Shown: positions 54,801 through 61,894 of the stretch, piece after piece | How positions within the stretch are numbered: the stretch's first letter is position 1 | How the letters are laid out: every line of letters starts with the position of its first letter | Virus record (IMG/VR): IMGVR_UViG_3300045988_109836 | Length of the DNA stretch: 64,000 nucleotides | Direction: 5' to 3' (one strand) | DNA from: a virus | Position numbers and translations under genes: made by a program | Notes under the pieces: generated by a model | Seen by the model: the letters and a program-made list of their open reading frames with translations, nothing else | Databases searched by the model: none | What the model was told of the DNA's origin: nothing

Positions 54801-57800
54801 TGCTTACTTGCACTGTAAGACATATTTACTGGAGACAGATACATATACACTATCCCGTCTGTATTTGTCGTTTGTGTCTGATTTACAGACATTCCGCTAA
54901 ATACAACCGTTACTCCACTCAATTTCCCGTACAAGTCGGAAATCACATATACCGGAATTCTCTTTGAACATGTATATACAAGGTCTTTTGTATTCGCATC
55001 TCTATAATTGATTATAGCTGTTGTACCGTTGCCGGAATAGAATCCTACTGGCTGCACCTGGAAACGTTCTGCAATCCCTGCATATACTGTTTTTGTAAAT
55101 TGTCCGCTTGCATTCGTCGTTACGTTCACACCGGAAGATGTACTATTGTCGTTGTAATAGCATGCAAGAACAAGACCTGTCTTTACCGGATTTGATGCTG
55201 TAGTCGAAATAGAGGGTATTATTTCTTTTACCGTGAATGTGACTGATTTTGTTCTTCTTGTTAATACTGCTGAATGTGTCTTGTCCGTAGGCAGATAGAT
55301 GTTTTCTGTCTTGCTGTTGAAATTACTGTTTCCTCCTCCATAGGTTATCGTATAATTTCCAGGCGGTATATTGAAATTTCCATTTCCTTGCGATATCAAT
55401 TGTCCGCTTGCATTCGTTGTTCCAGAAAAACTATATGCTTGTGAAGATGTTCCACCCCATGCACTCGTAACCGTTACCGGACAACTTTCTGCTGCTTTTG
55501 AATAGGGATTATTTGCTGTCAACGTCAGACTGAATGTCATTGCAGCATAACCCATGATTATATCTATATAGTCAACCGACAACGGGGGTGTAAATGTTCC
55601 GGTCTTTTTCGTATGGTCTGCCACTGTACACTCGTAGCTCATTGCGATAGGTGAGATATACACTCTTGCTGAACCATCACTTCCGGACGTAACGGTTTGA
55701 GGCAGTGACATTCCGGACACCTTTATAGTCGCATTTTCAAGCGGTCTTAGAGTGTTCTGCTGTTTTACTCTTAATTCAAGTCTTTTTGAAGCTGTTATTT
55801 CCATGAGTGTAGGTACACTCGCTCCGAAATCCCAGTTCTTAATCAGCAACCCTTCGTTCTCATAGAAGCCTTTCTGTTTGATTGTCAACTGATAATCAAT
55901 ACCTGGCATTACTTCCGGAAATATCTTGCCTTGTGCGTTTGTCGTATATTCTTTTACTGTACTATTGTACATATTTTTTACTGACACGACAATTCCTGCT
56001 TTTACCGGATTGAAATTCAGTGCAGCCTTTTGTTCTGCCACTATCTTAACGGTTACCTGGCTTACTGGTGTTGTTATCGTCACATCCACATAGAAAGACC
56101 TTGCAGCCGCATCACGTGTAGTGTTCGGCTGCACTGTCAGTACGGAACCCTTAAATGATGCTATATCGTCACTTGACACGTTAAACGTCAATTCTGCGCC
56201 ACCATCTGCAAAATTATATGGTTCGTCCTCACCGCCTAACTCTACCCGTCTGAATGTCTTTATATAGTCCATCAAGTCAAACGTTGCCCCTTTGTTGGGT
56301 ATGATTAGGTTTTCGGGTGTATGGACTATATAATAATAGCTATCGTTCGACAACGTTTCTGCCGTATTCTCACCATTGAATCTTACTGTCGTCGCGTCAC
56401 CAGATACACCAGGTATACTTTCGATTACATCTACTTCCGGCTCTATCTCCTTTCTCGTCATAGTGAAAGGAAGTTCTATGTCTTTCAGCTTTTCAAGTGT
56501 TACCGCCTGGTTTTCTACCGCATTGTAATATCTATGCGAAGCGTTCCAAGTATATTCCCCCGCCTCTGCTCCAAGCAACAACACGCCTATATCGTTCGTA
56601 TAGCCGGAATCCACCTTTATTCCCGTACCCTTGTTTATCAATTCGATATATACTCCAGAAATAGGGTCTTTTGTTATTGCGTCTGTCGCAGTGTATGTTA
56701 TTACCGTGTCCCTCAACTCTAAAAAGATTGTTTCGGGTACATCCTGGTCCTTAATAGTCACCGTTCCGGTATATCTCTTGTAATTTCTGTGTGTTACCGT
56801 ATATTCATAATCACCATTGGGTAATGTTATACTCGATACACCATTGACATTCGTTATATGCGTTTCTCCGTTAATCTGGATTTCCGCACCTTGTATGTAG
56901 TTACCGTTCTCTATGTCTCTGACAGTTAGTCTGAATGTATAGAATGCCTGTTCAAGTTCAATTATTTTTGATACCTCCGTACCATCCACAACAACGAAGT
57001 CGTTGACCGACATATAACCGGACTTAAAAGCGGTATATTCGTATGTTCCATTAGGAAGGCTGACAATCGCCACACCTTCTGAATCTGTTAAATATGTCGA
57101 TTCGTTGATTTTTATTGTCGCTCCTTCCAACACCATTTGTGTTGCCGCATCCAATACGGTAAACTTTATGGCATACGGAATCGCGGTCATTTCAACAAGT
57201 ATACAATTAGGGTCTTCTGCCGTTACCTCAATCTCCTTGTTGAGTTCTTGGTAGTCCTTTTTTACTACCTTCATTTCATACCTTCCTGTCTGCAATCCGA
57301 TTGTTGCCTGCCCTTCCTTGTCTGTTGTCTCTGTAATATCCTTTATGATAATATCGGCTTCCGGAACATAAATATTTCTATTTCTGTCTATTACAGCAAA
57401 ATTAACTTCCTTGGTTGTAAGAAACATTCTTTGGAATACCTCTACTGGCTGGTTTTCTACTGTAAAAACACTCTCTATAGTTTGAAAACCTGCCTTCTCT
57501 AAAGTGTATTCGTATATACCAGGTTCGAGACTTATTGTCGCTGTTCCGTCCTCTCCTGTTTCAGATGTGTAAACACTTGTCTTTACCGTAACACCTTGTA
57601 ACGGTGCTTCTCCTTCATATACAGTAAACGTTACTGGATAAGGTGTTGCAACAAAATCGTTTATATTTATGTATATAGGGTTGTTCAAAACCACAAACTC
57701 ACCCTTCTTTTGAGTCCAGTTCGTTTTTGAAAGGATGTATTCATATTCCCCGTTTTCGAGAAGAATGTTTGCCGTACCGTTACTGTCCGTAATGATTACC

Positions 57801-59089
57801 TTGTTTCCTATTGTTATATATGCACCCGGTACGGCTACATTCTTGGTATTTGTCACTGTAAACGAACACAAATATTTCTGTGACGCTATGACTGATTGCG
57901 ACCCTTTATATATATCACTTTCCCCTGCCGGATAGAAAATATTGGATAGACTGCTTCCCGAATCATACAAGATGTTTCCTTCCAAATCTCGCATTCTGAA
58001 ACCCTTGATACGCGGCAACATGTTCAAAGGAACCTCTTCGTCAAAGTAGGGGAAGAAGTATTCATCTGGTACATATTTCACGCCTTCTGCTGTCTTCACG
58101 ACTTCCAACAAATCATCCCATTCTACCTTTTTACCTGCTTCCCAGAAACGGAAATCAAGATATTTTGTCATTGCAATCTGGATATTTTTTCTTACATCCG
58201 CAATCACTGCATTAGGTGACAATTCCACACGGAAATCTACCCCCTCTTCACCACCTACATACATCCATTTTGCATTTTCAATCACTATTCCAAGCGTATT
58301 CCCTTGCAAGTCAAGTTCTGTCAATCCGAAATAGGGTGTTGCTTTTGTCAATAATTCTTCCAATTCATCATCCGTAAAGAAAGAACCGTTTTGCGTCACA
58401 AGGTAGATATGTGTCTTTCCATCCTCGCCCAAACCGACATTCATAACCTTTAGAATGCGTGAATCCAAATCCTGGAATATCTGTGTCCAGCCTTCCATTG
58501 TATCGGTGGAAAGCTTGTTGTTGTAATTTATTATTCTGTTTCTGAATGTCTCGTCGTCCTCATAGTCACGTCCACCAATAGCTGCGTATTCATTAGTGCA
58601 CTCTATATGTGTCAACGGTCTTGGCGATACCTCTGTAATACTATTCGCCTCCACATTCGTAGCCGACCCGGTTATAACACTGCGTACACTGATATATCCA
58701 TATCCCGACTTATCAACAGTAAACGGCTGGTCTACAATGAATTGTACTCCATTCTTTGATATAAACTTTGTGCCTACCTCGTACTGTGTACCTGGTTCAG
58801 CGAATACACGTACATAAGTAGAGGAACCAAGCGCTTCTTTTCTCGGACTGACACCGAACAACGCTGCCGACTTGTCAAGATAATTTCCTGTTGCCGATTT
58901 CGGGAAAATCTGTGCCTCCACTATGGCAATATCCTTTATCGCTTTTTGTGCCACCTTTGCGGTGCCATAGGCAACACCATTAAGTACAGAACCGTCCGCA
59001 ATATTTGAAACACGGTCGGTCTTGTTCAAGAACATTTCAATCCACAAATTTTTTAAATTTGCAATCGTATTCGCTGTTTTAGTAATCAT
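48827..59089 (-). CDS. 3420-aa baseplate-J-like/tail-fibre fusion protein (currently expressed variant A)
   Basis: An uninterrupted ATG ORF. The N-terminal ~400 aa are collinear with baseplate J/gp6-type proteins (...GSVLNGVAYGTAKVA..., ...AIGGRDYEDDETFRNRI...). Many Ig-like repeats follow, then tandem modules of about 165 aa, then the variable C-terminus. Confidence 0.9.
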   Translation of the reverse strand: MITKTANTIANLKNLWIEMFLNKTDRVSNIADGSVLNGVAYGTAKVAQKAIKDIAIVEAQIFPKSATGNYLDKSAALFGVSPRKEALGSSTYVRVFAEPGTQYEVGTKFISKNGVQFIVDQPFTVDKSGYGYISVRSVITGSATNVEANSITEVSPRPLTHIECTNEYAAIGGRDYEDDETFRNRIINYNNKLSTDTMEGWTQIFQDLDSRILKVMNVGLGEDGKTHIYLVTQNGSFFTDDELEELLTKATPYFGLTELDLQGNTLGIVIENAKWMYVGGEEGVDFRVELSPNAVIADVRKNIQIAMTKYLDFRFWEAGKKVEWDDLLEVVKTAEGVKYVPDEYFFPYFDEEVPLNMLPRIKGFRMRDLEGNILYDSGSSLSNIFYPAGESDIYKGSQSVIASQKYLCSFTVTNTKNVAVPGAYITIGNKVIITDSNGTANILLENGEYEYILSKTNWTQKKGEFVVLNNPIYININDFVATPYPVTFTVYEGEAPLQGVTVKTSVYTSETGEDGTATISLEPGIYEYTLEKAGFQTIESVFTVENQPVEVFQRMFLTTKEVNFAVIDRNRNIYVPEADIIIKDITETTDKEGQATIGLQTGRYEMKVVKKDYQELNKEIEVTAEDPNCILVEMTAIPYAIKFTVLDAATQMVLEGATIKINESTYLTDSEGVAIVSLPNGTYEYTAFKSGYMSVNDFVVVDGTEVSKIIELEQAFYTFRLTVRDIENGNYIQGAEIQINGETHITNVNGVSSITLPNGDYEYTVTHRNYKRYTGTVTIKDQDVPETIFLELRDTVITYTATDAITKDPISGVYIELINKGTGIKVDSGYTNDIGVLLLGAEAGEYTWNASHRYYNAVENQAVTLEKLKDIELPFTMTRKEIEPEVDVIESIPGVSGDATTVRFNGENTAETLSNDSYYYIVHTPENLIIPNKGATFDLMDYIKTFRRVELGGEDEPYNFADGGAELTFNVSSDDIASFKGSVLTVQPNTTRDAAARSFYVDVTITTPVSQVTVKIVAEQKAALNFNPVKAGIVVSVKNMYNSTVKEYTTNAQGKIFPEVMPGIDYQLTIKQKGFYENEGLLIKNWDFGASVPTLMEITASKRLELRVKQQNTLRPLENATIKVSGMSLPQTVTSGSDGSARVYISPIAMSYECTVADHTKKTGTFTPPLSVDYIDIIMGYAAMTFSLTLTANNPYSKAAESCPVTVTSAWGGTSSQAYSFSGTTNASGQLISQGNGNFNIPPGNYTITYGGGNSNFNSKTENIYLPTDKTHSAVLTRRTKSVTFTVKEIIPSISTTASNPVKTGLVLACYYNDNSTSSGVNVTTNASGQFTKTVYAGIAERFQVQPVGFYSGNGTTAIINYRDANTKDLVYTCSKRIPVYVISDLYGKLSGVTVVFSGMSVNQTQTTNTDGIVYMYLSPVNMSYSASKQYYTTKTGNFKPTGSETRMDIELAAKSYPVTFNVSTQGVLPPDGILVRIQNTVLKDLVFEGETNANGVVTMQNVPIGNYTYSVLAGEVTTDTFIHPQNENGTVLDVEVQYELINAGIQVSEIYGTAGRAFLANKTVTMTSRAGTIKLTLDENGYTNELLIKGLEYTFTTDSYSNFYSNPTQKYTWNEDGIIWKFDLNVTAKITVNVKDVYAKTNIQGVTVAYSEQIVKTDASGNASLYRSALSKEYSLDKDDYSTVNGTIAPTTASPLNVTMLRNKHVVTVQQYEVIPGGASVILDNNTNFTLAYTSAAGNGTVDAGKNTFEAYLGIPITFTISAPDRRPFYTNYQQTHIFTTSSEKWNMNLTCAKQITVNVKDNVPGTNVSGATVTYFSQTKTTDSSGNAVLYWSANTRNISVSASNLGSYTGQIAYNSPNPFNIIMTRAANPVTLVVREVTPAQTTYYQNLQIKYTAGSTTGTLTTNANGAVTFNGYIGTEMTFTVVGHPNFYSNPTQKHTYTAANQSWTMDLTVTAKITINVKSNVPSGTNLSGATVSYFHQTGKTDSSGNVSLYRSSVTRNVDVTATYHGNYRGSITSSTASPFNVVMTRSTATVSLSVSEVIPVTPKYMLEITTDASSAVTPGLGGFYLGTPTAANKEFVAYFRAKVPAGRQLVFASNATGDNTVRKWVDSNNGNGTGGWYTYAYYVRCGSTGSFSTTNFFYLNGGSRPVTWYLEMATVYDITGSNVQNASDATILSKCTYDKILNAYRDFFFDKGMNNVNVYNNSSGSNAVKITRKAASGTDTFVNFAMEQYSSMKMNFSPAASTSPLTLDANGSVSFVTYLGTPITISPVTRPNYYSNASQKITYTSAGQLINVWLACNQKITINTVANIYNTSNALLGTITYFGQTKASGGDFYRSGLDRQMTATAQYFNNYVGTVTATQTSPYTVTMNRTTRTVTLTVVEKIPNITATYPLSGAVIVRSVPTGSNAPAGEITLDGSGKKSNTVYAGINYTYTSKNYASYYSNASQEWTWVSENQSWTMTLNITARLTFNIKSSNYGTNISGVSCSYFGQTGTTDSSGNWTAYRSGIGRSYSFSKTNYNSLSGTLSAGQASPYSLKMSETSSSITFTIKDYYQGAVKGNANGCPVTLTNKSLSSVTFSGTTNSSGQVSFGPMIVGSYTLSWGGGTSYWVAGSTTITMPLATTTQNAVRLTKSVGTEFRLKIPFSTPVLGWWGTANLVKPVFTTAGVATTVSLTANNVVYYLATYTWIAGLTTTITAKLANYFVTGTTTTETPYSITPNYNFSNIGHNSDATAFYSTAIKSMTVIVRNIYTGAAVSGATINMYGINGSYQTSGEVGAGHATQTVTTNSAGQATVYVSGLTNRYVVTATRYVTSNTTSNNTGGLTINLTPSEVTITINVNNVSTGSRVGSGVIVKLSSNNSSTSYSGTTNTSGQVVLKIKPGNYWWEAGGSTTWGGTGTGNFNYPNRSTTSISFVQDSTITIEALKVGVWVKDEFSSSNFGRDATSRKNSYSGLYVEPVIEANKTYPSSSCAAVLTYDPSKVNELEMINLKTVASLFVDSPNVYGVSTFFDSNRANGSYRLYGYSHIQGSFYLSPSSNGDFQNLNYVCCGFSGANRLTWGQLNIRKGFLNYVKGDNDSTLGSVFQNSNNYSVRNSLCVLVTQEEVNSINESINSQEIIAIPETPNNNNQISIRLQSWDIGSSMSSYSLKVNGPTVGRKINIFFYKRVYINLSKHQLILFVYGPQKTFSEENLTFDFYVLVWKGSSTWNYIKGSSSLQYWHCYNNIPSSITNNMGGNVWMSKDKRFMFYVGKGSGGASKGINIVRSTSVLVNENGWAATSITINDNFVSELRSTLANYYVLDVIFNKDGSKMIVLCNGQKGAQGGAIIANSYVEGIHPTNIFCFEMLNGGKWINIPYNIVGFTNFWNKYNASGSGKLRPFFSINQNYLGNTWDMSYVYPSYSENATAYYASLTFND
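50280..50360. repeat. 81-bp inverted repeat, right copy (IR-R), inside the 3420-aa gene
   Basis: It is the exact reverse complement of 47240-47320. Confidence 0.95.
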
Positions 59090-59100
59090 TGTAAATATAT

Positions 59101-60018
59101 TTAAATAGGAACATTAATAACAAAATCTTCTCTCGTCACAGTTGTAGCCTTCACCTTCATAAATACCGCATCTTCTTTTTTTATCAAATCAAGAAGCTCT
59201 GCACTCGCCCATCGGTTATCTCTTTGGAACATGTTCATAAGAGCCTTGAATATTACCGGGTATTGTATTGCGTTCGTTGTCTGCCCTACAAAATCAGATG
59301 GCAGTCCATAATCTTTAAATTCCGGAATACAGCCTTTCAAAGCCTCTAATATGATTTTCAACGCCTGCTCCATAGATGTACCGAATTTCTTTACCTTCAA
59401 ATCATCATTCTTAAACTCGAATTCCGTATCTATGTCTTTGCCCAGCACGTTCTCGCCTACCAGTGTATCTACCACATTATCCACATAGTTTACACCGATA
59501 TTGCGAAGATTTACGGCAAAAGTATTGCTTCCTTGTCCTGCCTTATAATCCTCTTCTATAATGTATTGTGGTGTGGTTATAGAAGTCCAGTCGTCCTCCG
59601 GGTCCGTCATTGCAATTTCTTCCGCTACATTCTCAAACGTCTCGCCTGTCCTTAGCTGCTTGTCAAGCTGTAGGGTGTTCTGTCTTCCAAGCGTTGCACT
59701 TCTTAACCATCTGTCAGAATTTTTTATTGTCAATATCTTTGTTTCCACTTCCGAAAAGTTATCCAGTATTTCCCACATAGAAATATCGTCCAACTTGTTT
59801 TCATGAAGTTGAAACATGGGTTCTACGATATTGATTTGCGCAATCATCTTGTCAAGTTCATAGAATGACTGTGCGTTTATCTCGCCTCCCTGGTAGTAAT
59901 CCACTATATAGGGATAATGATTGTTGCAGAAGTCCACATAACTCTGGAAGAACTTTTTTATGTCATACCCGGTTATATTCTTAAATTTGGCGTATGCCGT
60001 TTCCATCACTGCATCCAT
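59101..60018 (-). CDS. hypothetical baseplate-module protein (305 aa)
   Basis: ATG ORF immediately upstream of the J-like gene. The function is inferred from position only. Confidence 0.75.
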   Translation of the reverse strand: MDAVMETAYAKFKNITGYDIKKFFQSYVDFCNNHYPYIVDYYQGGEINAQSFYELDKMIAQINIVEPMFQLHENKLDDISMWEILDNFSEVETKILTIKNSDRWLRSATLGRQNTLQLDKQLRTGETFENVAEEIAMTDPEDDWTSITTPQYIIEEDYKAGQGSNTFAVNLRNIGVNYVDNVVDTLVGENVLGKDIDTEFEFKNDDLKVKKFGTSMEQALKIILEALKGCIPEFKDYGLPSDFVGQTTNAIQYPVIFKALMNMFQRDNRWASAELLDLIKKEDAVFMKVKATTVTREDFVINVPI

Positions 60019-60032
60019 CCTTTACCCTCCTT

Positions 60033-60809
60033 TTATAACAACGTTGCTAAAGAAGCCGCCAAATCATTTACGCCTTTCTGTATTGCTGCGGCTGTACAAA
60101 TTTTAGTGAGTGCCGTTTTTGCTTTCTGTTCCCCTGCTACAGCTTCCAAAGGCGCTATCGCTGTCATTGTAAGCGAATATTCCCAAATCATATTGCGCTG
60201 CAAACTCTGATTTAATACCAACCCTGTAGGGGGCACAACTACCAAATAGCTCTCACCCAAAGCCATATTATAAAAGTAAAGACGGAATGGCAAACCGTCC
60301 TTATCCACACCGTTACTTTTTGATATGATGGCTTGCAATATCTTCGTACATCCATATCCATTTTTTACAGACGGGTCAAATGAAGCTGATTTTAAAGAAT
60401 TTGTACTTTTCCCCGAAACATCGCTTAAACTCCATTTCCCGGCTGATAGGCTATAGGCTGCACCCGCCAGACTTGACGCACCACCACCAAGCGACAAAAG
60501 CAATTTAAATGTTCGTCCGAAATCCCCTCTTATCGTTATGTCCTGCGGTACAAAAGTAGGAGAAGACAACACCGTAACGCCCCCTGCCGTATTCCTTATG
60601 TTTTCCCTTTTTGCTTCCGTTTTGCTTATCGCATTCGGGTTAATCGGGAACGTGAAAAAATCTATCGTATTGTTCTTTGAATCCGCCAATTCAAGCGTAC
60701 AAAGATACACCTCAAAATCATTAGGAAATTGAGATGCAAGTAAAGCTCTTCCGGCTGTCTCTATCAAAGACCCTGCTTTCTGTATTGCTGATTGTGCGAC
60801 GTTTGCCAT
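60033..60809 (-). CDS. hypothetical baseplate/tail protein (258 aa)
   Basis: ATG ORF. The FTFPINPNAISK...GGVTVL...ITIRGDFG pattern is reminiscent of tube/baseplate-initiator folds, but this is weak. Confidence 0.7.
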   Translation of the reverse strand: MANVAQSAIQKAGSLIETAGRALLASQFPNDFEVYLCTLELADSKNNTIDFFTFPINPNAISKTEAKRENIRNTAGGVTVLSSPTFVPQDITIRGDFGRTFKLLLSLGGGASSLAGAAYSLSAGKWSLSDVSGKSTNSLKSASFDPSVKNGYGCTKILQAIISKSNGVDKDGLPFRLYFYNMALGESYLVVVPPTGLVLNQSLQRNMIWEYSLTMTAIAPLEAVAGEQKAKTALTKICTAAAIQKGVNDLAASLATLL

Positions 60810-60847
60810 AATCTTTTCTTATCGTTTTCAAAAATACAAAATAAATA

Positions 60848-61894
60848 TCAATCCGAAAAAGTTACCGTGCTTTTTATTCCGTCGAACTGTAACGGATTCA
60901 CAGCCGATACCGCACCGACACCTGCCCCGAATCCGGCTTTTCCGCCGTCCATCGCTGCCGAACCTGCAAGCGCTGTTTGCCATGCGTTCTTTAATGTCAT
61001 TATCTGATTTTCTACATTGTTCAACAACTGTATCAAAGTGTTGGCTAATGTCAAAGGCTCTTTCGCATTGTTTATATTCACCTTCTGCCCAGTTATAAGT
61101 TTTATTAGGTTCTGCGTCAATTGAATCATTTCCGCATCATTGTCATAGCCCAGCACTACACCGCTTTCATCCATTGTTATATGGCTTTTCCCGTCGTGAA
61201 AATTGACATCTACCGTATTAGGGTCTACCTTTACCGTTGTCGTCTTGTCCTGGACCTTCCATGTAAAATTAGCCTCTTCCTGGTTTATCGTCAGTCTTCG
61301 TATCTCCTTGTCCTTTTCTTTTACATCCTCAACCACATTCACGACTTCCGTAACGACTTCATTGTACCCCGTTACTTTCACTTTCTTAGAGGCTATTATT
61401 TCCGCTTCTCCCGAACTTTGCAATCTTATCTTGTTCTCCTCATTGCCTCCCAGTGTAACGTTGAAATTTACGGGTTTCTCGATAGAAGTAACATTCACAT
61501 TCCATTCCCGGTTCCGTGGGTCTATCGTCATTGACATGGTAACGTCTTTTATCTGTTTCTTAATACGTACAACATCCTCGCTCCATGCCGGGACCTCATC
61601 ATTTCCAATAAACGTTCCTATCACTATAGGCTGGTTCAAAAACTCACCGCTTGCTATAACTACTTGTGCTCCAAGCTCTCCAGGCTCTTCCGGAAACCAT
61701 ATATTATTAATCGCCTCATTTGTAATACGCACGTCGTTTCTGAAAACACCGCCTTCCATCATAACGGCAACAAGATTAGTACGGAAAACGGTATCTATGT
61801 AACTTTCCCTGCCTACATCTGTAGGCAGCACTATATACCCTTTTGATATATACGGCAAATTGTTATTACTTATCCTTGGTTTTCCTCCTGCCAT
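60848..61894 (-). CDS. hypothetical baseplate-module protein (348 aa), possibly spike or hub
   Basis: ATG ORF whose start overlaps the upstream stop (TAATG). The function is inferred from position only. Confidence 0.7.
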   Translation of the reverse strand: MAGGKPRISNNNLPYISKGYIVLPTDVGRESYIDTVFRTNLVAVMMEGGVFRNDVRITNEAINNIWFPEEPGELGAQVVIASGEFLNQPIVIGTFIGNDEVPAWSEDVVRIKKQIKDVTMSMTIDPRNREWNVNVTSIEKPVNFNVTLGGNEENKIRLQSSGEAEIIASKKVKVTGYNEVVTEVVNVVEDVKEKDKEIRRLTINQEEANFTWKVQDKTTTVKVDPNTVDVNFHDGKSHITMDESGVVLGYDNDAEMIQLTQNLIKLITGQKVNINNAKEPLTLANTLIQLLNNVENQIMTLKNAWQTALAGSAAMDGGKAGFGAGVGAVSAVNPLQFDGIKSTVTFSD

